This document shows, one piece after another, positions 13,250 through 25,183 of a DNA stretch of 64,000 nt. The position numbers and the translations under genes were made by a program. Source of the DNA: Saccostrea cucullata (Eukaryota). A model generated the notes under the pieces. That model was not told where the DNA came from and did not search any database. It saw only the letters and a list, made by a program, of their open reading frames with translations. The first letter of the stretch is position 1, and every line of letters begins with the position of its first letter. The DNA is taken from assembly GCF_032062105.1 (NCBI RefSeq), contig NW_026923186.1:1-64000 (forward strand). The letters are read 5' to 3'.

Positions 13250-13348
13250 GCAAACATGAACCTCCAAAACATCAGAGGTGGAATCAGGTGGCATGAGGAG
13301 TGAACATCCCCTGCTGACAGGTCACACCCGCCGTGTGCTTCTTGTCAT
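13250..13348. repeat. Dispersed repeat fragment (agaggtgggatcaggtg... family), probably a retroelement end
   Basis: Related copies at ~22610-22720, 25700-25780, 52940-53003 and 53540-53570. Confidence 0.55.
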
Positions 13349-13549
13349 ACTCCTTCGGGACTTTTCAAGTCAATTCACAAAATATCCTTTTTCACTAAGC
13401 ATATTTTTAAATTTATTTTACATGAGCAAAATATCGAATTTCTAAGTTAAAGAATACTGCTGTAAATGGAAAAAATATCAACACGACAACTTCTCTACAA
13501 ACTGTGAATGGGTTATTGTGTATAACGATTTTGAAAACAATTGTGATAC

Positions 13550-13780
13550 GTAAAATTAGGCGGTTCTTCGAATGTCAACTGGATTTGTCTAATAAACTAG
13601 TTTTACCAGTATTGTTATATGGCTGTGAAATATGGAGCACGAGCAATTTTTTATAATGTAGAATGGATAACTGCTACAGTCAAACTAAGATTAAAATATC
13701 AATACATTCAAAAGTGGAATAGTGAAGTTCAAGAATCTTCAAAAAGTTTAAATTATAGAATTTTTAAAACCAGTTTAAAT
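13550..13780 (+). mobile_element. Non-LTR retrotransposon (RTEX-like) fragment
   Basis: Translates to ECQLDLSNKLVLPVLLYGCEIWS and VKLRLKYQYIQKWNSEVQESSKSLNYRIFKT, typical of the region downstream of RT. Confidence 0.6.
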
Positions 13781-14029
13781 ATTTAACACTGTTATCATAT
13801 AAATTTAGAAAAACTTCTGTTAAAGGTGCATGGACACAGATTTGAAGTTAATACTTATTGTATATCACGACTTACAAAATTTGATAGCATTTCACACAAA
13901 AATATATTAAAAATTTTATTTCATCTTAAAGTTATTGAAACTTACATTTCTTGGTTTGGTTTGATTGACACACCCTTGCACTCTCACAAATTTTACTTTT
14001 ATTATTGATAATTATACCTAGTAAAAGTG

Positions 14030-15180
14030 GCAACTGACCGGAATTTCAGAGGGCCCGGGCTCGAATCACGGTCTGGTCCGCTACAATTGGTGCCGTACCA
14101 TGCCCTGGAATTGACAGGTGAAAGACCAGGGCCCAGGGATGAGTCTGGGTTTGGGTCTTTGGAGGGCCAAAGACATTTAAAATGCAGATGTATATTTCTT
14201 TTATCAGACCTCAACTGGAATATGCTGTTGAAGTTTGATCTGGGTGTACAAAGGCAGACATTGAAAAGCTTGAGAAGGTTCAATTATTTGCTGCTAGAAT
14301 AGTAACTGGTCTTACACTAATTGCTTCCAAAAATTCACGTTATCTGGAAACTGGATGGGAACATTTGGAAAATAGAAGAAATCGAACTAATCTAGTAACA
14401 ATGTACAAAATACATAACAATTTAGTACCCACTTACATTCAAAATATAGTACCTGATATTAGAGGCAATAATTCATAATACTCTACTCGAAATTTTCTCA
14501 ATTATTCCTTGCCAAAATGCAGATTAGAATCTTTATATCAGACAGTTAGAAAGTGGAATACAATTTAACTCAACATAAGGGAGGCAACTTCCATTAAAAG
14601 TTTTAAAAAATGCTTGTAAATATTGTAAAACCTCCAAAGTATTTTTCTTTTGGAAAGATTATTCACACAAGGTTAAGACATAATTGTATTTTAAATTCTA
14701 ACCTATTTCGCTGTAATTTACTAGACAATCCGAATTGTCACGTGGACAAATAGAAGATCCCTACCATTGTTTTTTGTTTGTAGAAAATATACAACATTAT
14801 TATTCAATAATTTGTACATTATAGATGTCCATTTGATGTTATGGGATGTTGATTCATTCTCTGATCAACAAAATGTAGAATTTTTAAAAGTTATTCATAC
14901 TTTTTTTAAAAGAATGTGGTACATTCTCTGAAAAATTTTAATTTTTGTATATACAGAATTGTATTCTGGTATCAAGAGCTTACAGTCTTTGACACTACCA
15001 ACTGATTTGTTACTGAAAATAATTGTACTTTATTTTGGCAATGTTATAAAATTTTGTATAAGGAGAAGACTATCTAAGTTGTTGTAGAACTTGTGTCTTA
15101 TCCTTTTGGCTCTAATTGTCAATAAAATTTGTTCAATTCAATCCCGGTCTGGTCCGCTGCATTTTCTCCTCTCTCGTTAC
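14030..15180 (+). mobile_element. Second, divergent tRNA-LTR TRIM, broken by a LINE fragment
   Basis: tRNA-like 3' half at 14036-14080, PBS tggtgccgt at 14088, internal region homologous to 5478-5570, and LTR 3' end cccggtctggtccgctgcattttctcctctctcgttaca at 15143-15181. Confidence 0.7.
14183..15142 (+). mobile_element. 5'-truncated CR1/L2-group LINE 3' fragment
   Basis: Translates to MYISFIRPQLEYAVEV*SGCTKADIEKLEKVQLFAARIVTGL...YLETGWEHLENRR. It ends in aataaa-containing 3' sequence at ~15121. Confidence 0.75.
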
Positions 15181-16334
15181 AACTAAAATATTATTTTAAA
15201 TTTCTAAGTCGGTAGTGGCATCTATGCATGTCATTTTGGTACTGTTTACTAAATAATTTAAAAGTGATTTAAAGATAACAGAACAAACTTAAACGATCCT
15301 CAATGAAATCATACTTTGAAGCCATCTAAAAATTAAGTACCGCAAAAGGTGAGAATAGCAGGTAATTGGTCCCTAAATTACTGTATATAAACAGCCAAGG
15401 GCGATAACGGGTGTTTTACAGATGTGGGCGACGGCTCTTTAATTATCGTATGCACAATTAAGTTAATTTTTGATAAGGTTTTTTTTTTATGATTATATGT
15501 TCTTTGGATTAAGAAAAAAATATACATCCGAGTAACCGAGTACCAGTTTTAGAATTCGATACTCGGACGTTCGATCCAGTACCCGCGTACTCGATGACAT
15601 CCCTAAAATGAAGTAAATCGATCTCTATTAAATCGAATGAAATGAAACTTTACACATCAACAAAACAATCAGGATTATTTGATTTTATATCAAATAGACA
15701 GTATTAATTTTGTGACACCCTGTATTGATGGTTTAAACTATATACGAGTTATCTCGCAAGCTTGAACGAACTATATATGTACGAGTTACTTTGTACTCGA
15801 TATTCTTTATTACATAATGCCATTGAGCACCTTTTATTTTACTTTTACTTTTTTTTAACCGCCGAAACAGCTGAAAACTTGCCGACTCGGCGTTAAACAA
15901 TATTCAATCAATCAATCAATCAATTTTACTTTTTGATCTGACACTCAGAGAAAAACAAAGACTTTGCCATTATAACCATATGTGAGGCGGGTGTTTCATT
16001 TATATCTAGTTATGCTCCCGCTTGTAAAGTGGGAGGCTATATAGTGATCGGGATGTCCGTCTTTACGTCCGTCTGATACGTTTTTGGGTACCCATCTCTT
16101 ATCCACAACAAATCCTATAATACTGAATTAATTTTGACGAGACTTTTACAGATTGAATCTTTGTAACAAAATGTCATTGTGCATCTTCTATTTTACTTTG
16201 TGGTCGGACAAATATTTCGGGTTTTCTATAGCAAAGCATGGACACTGCCATTCTTTCTATAATATTGAAGATTACCCATCTCATCTGCAACTCCTCTTTT
16301 ACCATTGAACAAAATTTAATGAAAATTACACAGA

Positions 16335-17036
16335 TTGTTTTTGTTCTGTCTGTCTGTCTGTCTGTCTGTTTGTTTGTTAGTTTGTTTATTTGTTTGTTTG
16401 TCCGCAAACTTTAACCTTCGCCATAACTTTTGAACATGAAAGATAGAAACTTCATTTTTGATATGCTTACTCCACTAATTAAGCTCTTTCAAATGACACC
16501 AAGGCCAATGACCTTCTGACCTTGAGTGTGACCTATATGCTAAAAATAACTTTTTGTCAGAAAACTTTAACCTTCCCCATATCTTCTGAACCTTGAAAGA
16601 TAAAGACTTCATATTTGTTATGCATACTCCTCTAGTGAAACTCTTTGAAATGACACAAAGGTCAATGACCTTGTGACCTTGACTGTTACCTATATGCTAA
16701 AAATATCCTTTTTGTATGCAAACTTTAACCTCCGCCATAACTTTTGAACCATGAAGGATAGAGACTTTTTATTTGGTATGCATACCCCACTCCTTGTGAC
16801 CTTGACTGTGACATATATGCTAAATATAGCTTTTTTGAACCTTCACCATAACTTTTATACTATGAGAGATTGAGACTTCCTATTTGGTATGCATACTCCA
16901 CTCATTAAGTTCTTTCAAATGACGCCAAGGTCAATGACCTTGTGACCTTGACTGTAACCTATACCGGTATGTTAAAAATAGCTTTTTCGAATTTTGTTGC
17001 CGCCGGGTGCATAGTGTTTTACAAACACATCTTGTT
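16335..17036 (+). mobile_element. HINE with (gtct)n/(gttt)n microsatellite and tandem subrepeats
   Basis: Units starting aaactttaacctt at 16406, 16562, 16720 and ~16837. 3' palindrome gtgttttacaaacac followed by cttgtt. Confidence 0.75.
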
Positions 17037-17486
17037 TTTTTTTTTTTTTTACATAATTCCATTGTGACTTATTTTACTTTTTGATCTGACACGGCACTTA
17101 CTTCAAGTCTCCAAGAACAAAACACGGACTTTGTCATAATAATGGTATAGGTGGCGGGGGATTCATTTAGTAACCTCAAAGCTCGAAGTACCTCTAGTTT
17201 TCATTTAACATAACCCCTGGGGGCAATATATCAAGTAATTGATTAGCTAAAGACTGAGAGGCAATTATCCCCTATCAATTACCGGTATCCTTAGTTTGGT
17301 GAATTTGTTTAACATTGAATAAATATTTATGTTTTCCGAAACATAAATTATTAAATGTTTTAAATTGCATTACGGAGCGGTTAACTTGTACATTTAGATG
17401 TTTAGAATCCATTCTGAAAACGTTCCTCGTTTTCTCTGATAACCTAAGTTGGCTGAAAATATTCAATGCACCACATAACACTTAAT

Positions 17487-20400
17487 ATGAAACTTTGGAT
17501 ATTTTTATTATGGCTATCATATATATTAGGTAAGTATTTTGTCACTATAAGCGAATTTCGTCCTCTACAACACATTTTGGTGGTGTGGTGGGTGGGTGTT
17601 TCGTGTTTATTTTTTTTATAGCCCCGCTTGAAAAGTGGGAGGGTATATAGTGATCGGGATCGGGATCGGGATCTCCGTCCGTCTGTCTAGCTGTCGGTAC
17701 GTCCGTCCGTCTGTTACGCTTTGGGGAACCCATCTCTTATCGGCAGTTCTCTTACATCAATGAATGAATTTTAATGAGGTTTTCACGGAATCTTTGTTAC
17801 AAAGTGTCATTGTCCAACTTCTATTTTACTTTTTGATCGGACACAAATTTCGGATTTTCCCATAGTTAACATGGACTTTGCCATTCTTTATATAACATCG
17901 AAGGGTATCCATCTTTTATCCGCAACTCCTATACCACTGAATAAAATTTAATAATGCTTTTCGGATTTTCCCATAGCTAACATGGACTTTGCCATTCTTT
18001 ATATAACATCGAAGGGTGTCCATCTTTTATCCGCAACTCCTATACACTGAATAAAATCTAATAATGCTTTCACAGATTCTTTATTTCATAATGCCCTTGT
18101 GCACCTTTTATTTAACCTTTTGATCTGACACTTTTTTCCTGTCTCCAAGTTCCAAACATGGTGTTGCCAATTATCTTTAATCATATGAGAAACAGGGAAG
18201 GGGAAAGGGGGGACATTAAGTAAGCTCAGAATTCATAGTACATCTGGTTATACCTCAGCTTGAAAAGTGGGATGGCATATATAGATCTGGATGTCCGTCC
18301 GTCTTTATGCTTTGGGGTACCCATCTGTTATCCGCAACTCCTCATACCACTGAATGAAATTTAATGAGACCTTCGTAGATTTTTTGTTACATAGTGCCAT
18401 GGGACCTCTTATTTTACTTTTTGATCGGACACGTATTTCGGGTTTCCCATGGCAAATTAAACATTGACGCTGTCTTTTCTTCTATAATAATAAAGGGTAC
18501 CCATCTCTTTTCCGCATCTCTTCCTACACCACTGAATAAAACTTTAGGATACCTTTAAAGATTCTTTATACATAGTGCCATTGTGACCTCCTATTTTACT
18601 TTTTGATCGGACACTTTTGGGCTCTTTTTTGCCATTATACTAGTATATAATTATACACAAGCTCAACCTCTAGTTTTTTTTATTTGTAAGGAACTATGCA
18701 AACCAACCTCAAAAGTACTTATTTTGTGTTAAACAACCGCTACAAAGACTTTTTACCAACATCTGGGCTGATATCTATGGAAGGTCAATGGCCCCTTAGT
18801 GCATGTGGACTCCTGTGCGCCTCAGACGAGTTTTGTCAAACTTTTTTCTTCAAAACACAGGAAAAGAAATGTTTCCTTTATAAGTATTCCATCTGGCAAC
18901 ATACCGGTCTTAAACAAGAAATCGGCGTTGACATGTACGAAATAACCTGTAAGTTTCCTTCCAGAAAAAGTTACTAATGAAATACTTAAATTCATCGATT
19001 AAATACTATGACATCATAAAAAAACAATCGTTTTCAGGCTCATAGCATTTTACAGGTTTGTTTAAAAGAGGAATATATTGCTAAAATTCTTTCCTTCATA
19101 AATAATGTTCGGGATTTTTTTTGAAAAACTCTTTTTTTTTTTAAAAAACTTTTTAATGAGTTTCGAAATTTTATTGCACCTTTCAGCACCATATACTGGA
19201 TTTGGTTGGGTGCACTATCGGGCAGGTGGTCTCTATTTCCAGATTTTTGAGAGCCAAAACAGGACGTCAACGTGGGCAATGACGTCGTGTAAACAGTTTG
19301 GCGGATCATTGATTTCTTTAGATACAGATCAGAAAATAGAATTTGTGACTACCTTTATACGTAACCATTGTGAGTAAATATTTTTTTTAAGCATGTAGAA
19401 CGAAGGTAAATTAGAAACTAGTTCTACAATACCTTTAACTAAATACATTATTTTATGTTTCCACCGAAGATTGAAATCTTAAATTTGAAACGTAACGTGA
19501 CCAGCACTTTTAATGTTAAAATCGTTGAATTTAATATTGGTTGTTTTGTAATGCTCGAGGTAAATAAAATGCAATTTTGTCCAATCTCATTTTATATGTT
19601 AAAAAATGATCATGGGTCAATCTTCCAAATAGGCTTCAATATTTTGTATAAAAATATTTGTAGACTATATGATTGAATACTAAGTAATTCTAAGACCTTA
19701 TATATTGACTGAGATCCAGCAATGTAAAGAATAAACTTACGTTGTGTTCACCTGGGTGTGACCTTCCAGGTGAATATGAGGATTTATTTTTTTTCTACTT
19801 TGGACTTGAATTATATTAAGAAACTAGAGCCGAGCTCGTTGCAAAGCAACGAGTAGGTCTTCCGACCTGTTTGACCGCAAGTAACTTTCATTTTAAAAAA
19901 AAAAGAGTAATGAAGTCCAAAAATGGGTTAATCCTCCAAATCTATGTTAAGTATAGTAAAATTAAGCCATTTATGGGTACTTCCGGTTTGACCGGAAGTG
20001 ACGACGACGGACGGAAAATTAATATTTAAGCTTCTAGTGAGACATGTTACCCCAAAACCTGTCAAAAACGGCAAAAATATGCATTTTCTGACTACTTCCG
20101 GTTCGACCGGAAGTGACGTCGGCGGACGTATTTTGACGACCCCATTAGATAAAGCTTGATATTTTGAACAACTTTGCTTCTTTGATGCATAACAAATTCT
20201 CAATACTTTTTGAGATATCTGGAAAAAACTTTTGGCCCCTCTAGGTCCCTTAATATAGGGGTCAGCCCTTTTTTCGACATATCATTTGAAAGATTTTCTA
20301 ATTCTGCACAAATTATGTTCTATATATTTTAACAAAATATTTTTAGTTTAGAAGATAAAAAGAAAAATATGAGTAATTTTTGGTTCTTTTAAGCGTTCTA

Positions 20401-20761
20401 ATTTTTGACCCCTACATAGCGCCATTTTGAATACAGAAATCGAAAAACAAAAACCGATGTGCACAACTTCAATCCTTCTATTATCTAAAATCAGTAGAAT
20501 TTCTGCTCCAGCTTTAGCCGTCTCTGAGCCTTTGTCTGGAAACGAAAGCCTATAAATTTTCTTTTAAAGGGAAATAACTCAAAACCGGAAGTGGCTTTTT
20601 CAAATTTTAGACATTATTCTGATAGAGTTTATTAACGTCTATAACGTCTGAAAATTTGAGCGAAATCCGTTGAGAAATGAGCGAGATATGAGGCCTCAAA
20701 GTTGCGGTCTAGGAAGCAGAAGAAAAAAAAGAATAATAATCTTGACCAACAGAATCAGTAG

Positions 20762-20795
<34 letters not shown>

Positions 20796-21197
20796 CAAAT
20801 CGATATTGAAAATTGATATTAACAGTTCTGGAAAGTTATTTGATTGCATCTTTACCTTTCAATTTTGTAAAAGGATACACTGTTTACATTCAAAAATTAC
20901 ATATGATTCTTCATTTTCAAAGATGACTATTCAGGCTCTCAAGGAAGAATGTTCCACATAGGACTTAACAATACCCAAGGACCAGAAAAATACACATGGA
21001 AGTGGTCGAATGGAGTTCAATTGTCAGCAAATCTTTCCATTCCATTTAAGTTAAATAATTATGATTCCTTGATGCATCCTTGTGCAGTTGGACATTGTGG
21101 GGTGCTGCATGTTGGAAAACTCACCAATTCCGTGTTTGATAACTGTTGTCTTAAAGTTTCATTTCTCTATATATGTTCTAAAGACATTGAGAAATGA
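17487..21197 (+). CDS. Secreted PAN/apple + C-type lectin domain protein, copy 2 (252 aa)
   Basis: Exons 17487-17529, 18691-18948, 19187-19369 and 20923-21197 have the same phases and near-identical lengths as copy 1, and the frame stays open. Confidence 0.88.
19823..20791 (-). mobile_element. HINE inserted in intron 3 of lectin copy 2
   Basis: Hairpin aaggtcttccgtt-gga-aacggaagacctt at one end; subTIR aggtcttccg and palindrome ctcgttgcaaagcaacgag at the other. The empty site gagaaattacaaatcg in copy 1 shows insertion into an A run with no TSD. Confidence 0.85.
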
Positions 21198-21732
21198 AGT
21201 GATCCTCTTTGAAATATATAAGGCAACACTAACCCTGACGCCATATGAGGTCGTATGGAAGTTGCATTAATTTACCAAAGCAAGCCTGGACAGCGCTGAT
21301 TTTGATAGAGAATTAAGGTTTTATTTTCTGTTTATCTGCAATATATCCATTAAATAAGTTTTTTTAAAATTTTATTGTTATTCTCGCAAGAACTAGCTTA
21401 ACAAGCAATGAATTGTGACTCTAGAATGATTATTGAATAAATGTGCGGTAGTGCGAATTTCCTCATCGTCCAGGCGTTGTCGTTATAGCTCGCTGCGCCG
21501 CTCGCTAAACAAATTAAAAGTCTGACGTTTCTATTATTTTACTGAGCGGACAAAAAACATCGATCTTAGACCGCTGAGTGAGATGTTGGACTTGTTGATG
21601 AGATGTTGGACCGCTTACGTAATACGATGGGCAAGCTCAATCTCATTTGCATTTGTTAGTGTTCAGACAGTACAAGATACATTTATGTCAAAACAAATTA
21701 AAATGAATAACAAAATAACAAAACATTTAAGA

Positions 21733-21841
21733 ACTGATTTTGAGGGCAACATTCGTTTTGTCGGGGCCATGAACCAAACGGCCTCAGACAAACTGTTTGG
21801 TTCATGGCTCCGACAAAACGCATGTTGCCCTCAAACTCAGT
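21733..21841. repeat. Near-perfect hairpin (47-bp arms, 15-nt loop)
   Basis: Arms tttgagggcaacattcgttttgtcggggccatgaaccaaac / gtttggttcatggctccgacaaaacgcatgttgccctcaaa. Confidence 0.85.
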
Positions 21842-23324
21842 CAATAAACTTATAATGTAATCCCGCCCTTGCACCAGAACCACTGACTCTAGAACCATGA
21901 ATTTCACAATTTGGTTAAAGATTCACTGCTTATTATAATCATGAGAACACTTCAGCAGTTTGATGTACAGAAGTAGAGCGTAGGACTCAGGGGGCATATA
22001 GAATAAATTGGAAAAAAATCGACAAGTCAGAGAACTACGTCAAAAGAGAATATTCAAGGTGTAAAGCAATAACTGGTATACCTTATAAAATTTTTAAAAT
22101 GTTAATTGAATCACAATTAGAGTAGCATAATTAATGAGAGTAAGGTTCCTGAAGATCAAATACGAAATAGATGAAAAGAAAACAAAATTAATAAGTAGAT
22201 TGTTTACAGGTGAACTTGACTTCTTACAGTGTAAACGAAAGTAAAATGTCCCATGATATAGACTTTTATCTTTGAAATTTTGGTGACAAAATTTATTTTT
22301 AAAAAAATTTTCATGCATATATCCATGAAAAATTGGCAAAATATATATTTCATAATTTCGTTTACACGTGATATCAACAAAACGTAATGAATATTATTGG
22401 TTTTAATTTTAATTAATTTTTTTTTTGCAGTCAAGACTGCAATAAAACTAGTACTGTTTTATATTTATCAATGAACTTTGTCTTTCTTGACTAAAAAAAT
22501 GATTGCAGAAAATGTTTGATACTGTTGAAATCATAATGTCTGTTAATGAAATATGTGGATATAACAAACCGTATTTAAGCTCAAAGCCCATTAAACATTA
22601 CAAAATAGGAGTAGGACAAACACGAATCTCTAAAACATCAGTAGTAGGATCAGGTACCATGGAGGAGAGAACATCTCCCTTGCCGACCGACCACAATGGC
22701 TGTGTGTCCATTGTCTTGCTCGTTTTTTAACTTTTAATGTTAAATCATAGAATATATTTATTAGTAAACAATTTTTTAAAAGCAAAATGTCCTATTTCTA
22801 AAAACAAACAAAATATATTTTTTTAAAAATTATAAAAATGTAAATGGTAAAAATATCAATGCAACAAATGATCTATAAACTTTGAATGAGTTATTATTAT
22901 TGTGTATTAAATTTTGAAAAGAATGTAGAATTGAAACAAAAAAAACATCAGATGTTGGGTTGCAACAAAATTAAGTAATCTCTTTAAAAGCTATTGTTTT
23001 TGTAAAAAAAATATTGTCCTAAATGGACGATAAGTATTTTTAAAGTATTTCTTACTAATTTTTTTCAAACCAGAAATGAGACAATTTATGTAAAATTTTC
23101 CACATACACAAGAGAATAAAAACTAAATTTAGGTTTAGATCAAATCTATTGTATCACTAACGATGTCTTTTGATTATTTAATATTTTAAAAGTCATTTTA
23201 GGATGTACAATGTATTTATATTTTCTACTGATAAAAACTTTTTTTTTATCCATTTGTCTATTCTATTACCTCTTCAGGAATTTTAACTAGAATTATATAT
23301 ATATAGTTTGATGTTGTAATTGAA

Positions 23325-23905
23325 TGAGCTCGGTTCACTTTATGCATAAAATGGCCCAGTAGATATACCATTTGAAGCATTAAAATAAAATAAAGACTTA
23401 GTGTTTTCATTTCCTATTATAATAAACATTTTTCTCCTAAAAGTTGAGGTCTTAGAGAACTGGCTAAATGTGAAATTGCAATGTTCTTGAATTTTAAGGT
23501 AAACATATATATTTGAGTACTTTCGGTGAAGAAAAATAATATGAGCGCACTCTCTGATCTAAAAAAATAAAACACGTCTTTTAATCCTCAGATTCTGAAA
23601 CAGTTCTATCATTTACTCGTTGCATATTTTAAATCAGAGGTTACGCTCAATATCAAATATCGAAAAATAGCTTTTAAAAATTTGCAGTTTTGTAGACTTT
23701 TTTCAGAATATGAGGAAAATGACGCATTTAGTGACGTCATAATGTATTGACTAGTCAGAAAATATTATGCCATTTTTTATAGATATACGCAATCACCAGA
23801 GATCTAAGTGTTAATCAATGCATTGTTAACTAAAACTAGGCAGTTTCAGTTTTTCAGAAATTCATAGGGCCAAAAATTAAAAGCAAAAGTGAACCTTGTT
23901 CTTTA
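23325..23905. mobile_element. Degraded MITE
   Basis: Inverted ends ggttcactttatgc / gcaaaagtgaacc. Confidence 0.45.
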
Positions 23906-23971
23906 TGTTATAGTAAGTTGAATTTTATAAAAATGTCGATTTGCCTGTCATTATTTTTGAATTCCCTGAAT

Positions 23972-24560
23972 TACGAGGGTTGATCCAAAAGAAATGTTAC
24001 AACTTTGATAAATTGCTATAAATCGACGTAAAGCCACAAAATTATACATGATGAAAGCTTTATTTATTTCAAATCAGACTTGAAAAATGCAAAGGAATAT
24101 GATGTATACTTTTCAAAATATCGGATTTTAAACAATGCGAGTTAATGGTAGTCGCCGCACCTAAATATAATGTCATATGAAGGATACACACCGTCATACT
24201 TTTGAGCGTTTCCCCTTCATTTAAAAAATATTTGTGATTTGCAAACATTTTCACCAATCCACTTTCTTTAAGAATTCTTGGTACCATTATACACTTACTC
24301 TTTTCATAATTAAGCCCTCTGTCAAACTTTTTTGAACAGTAGCATAAGACAAACTTAAAAATTCACATGTCACTCTATACGTCTGTCTTTTTTGACAACA
24401 TCAGACACCATTGAACGTTTATGTCCGATCTCCTATCTTTCGGTCTTCTTGTCTTCTGCTAATTATACAGTGACAAATCACCCGCCCAAAATTGCTGAAA
24501 CAATCTATTAAGATGTCTCTTATTTACATTCTTTATTCTGTAAGTCTGATTGATTAACGA
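23972..24560 (-). mobile_element. Mariner-like transposon remnant
   Basis: Mariner-type terminus tacgagggttgatcc at 23972. The minus strand reads LTEGLIMKRVSV*, then after a frameshift VPRILKE, matching the mariner WVP(R/H)xL motif. Confidence 0.55.
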
Positions 24561-24792
24561 AAATGTCGCTAGTAATTATTCCCATATTTTGAAGCAAAAA
24601 TGCATGACAACTCGTCAAGCCTTTTCCCCATTTCGACAATCCCTTTGTTCAATTCAACAGAGTAAAACAACAATATTTATGATCACAAATACCAATGAAG
24701 TCATTTAATTTTCAATTAAAGACTAGAAAATGACGAGAATTGCGTCTTGAAAAAAATTGGGAGATTAGATGCTTTTTTTAAAGAATCTTTTT

Positions 24793-24937
24793 CAGGCACG
24801 TAGCATCGTTTTTGAAAGGGGGGGGGGGGGGAGGGGCAGAAAATTCTTATTTACCTGTAAAAGTTGACAAGCCAAAATAAAAATTAAAAAAAAATAAAAA
24901 ATTTATAATAACCCAAACTCGAAAATCCTATTTCGTA

Positions 24938-24968
<31 letters not shown>

Positions 24969-25183
24969 TGGGTGGGGGGGGGGGGTAGTGGCCAACTTTT
25001 TTCAAGGCTAACTTCCTTCCACTTCCAATTTTCTGGCTACATGTCCTTGATATCACTATACTGTGGTAAGAAGAGGGGGGCCAACCAGGCTTTCAGTGGA
25101 CATTTTCAATAGTAAAGGTTATGTTTGGGAAAAAAGTGAGGGGGGGGGGAGAGGGCAGCCCCCCCCCCGTTGCTATGTGTCTG
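24793..25183. mobile_element. G-rich MITE carrying (GT)n and poly-G tracts
   Basis: Imperfect TIRs caggcacgtagca / tgctatgtgtctg, sitting within T runs. Confidence 0.6.
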
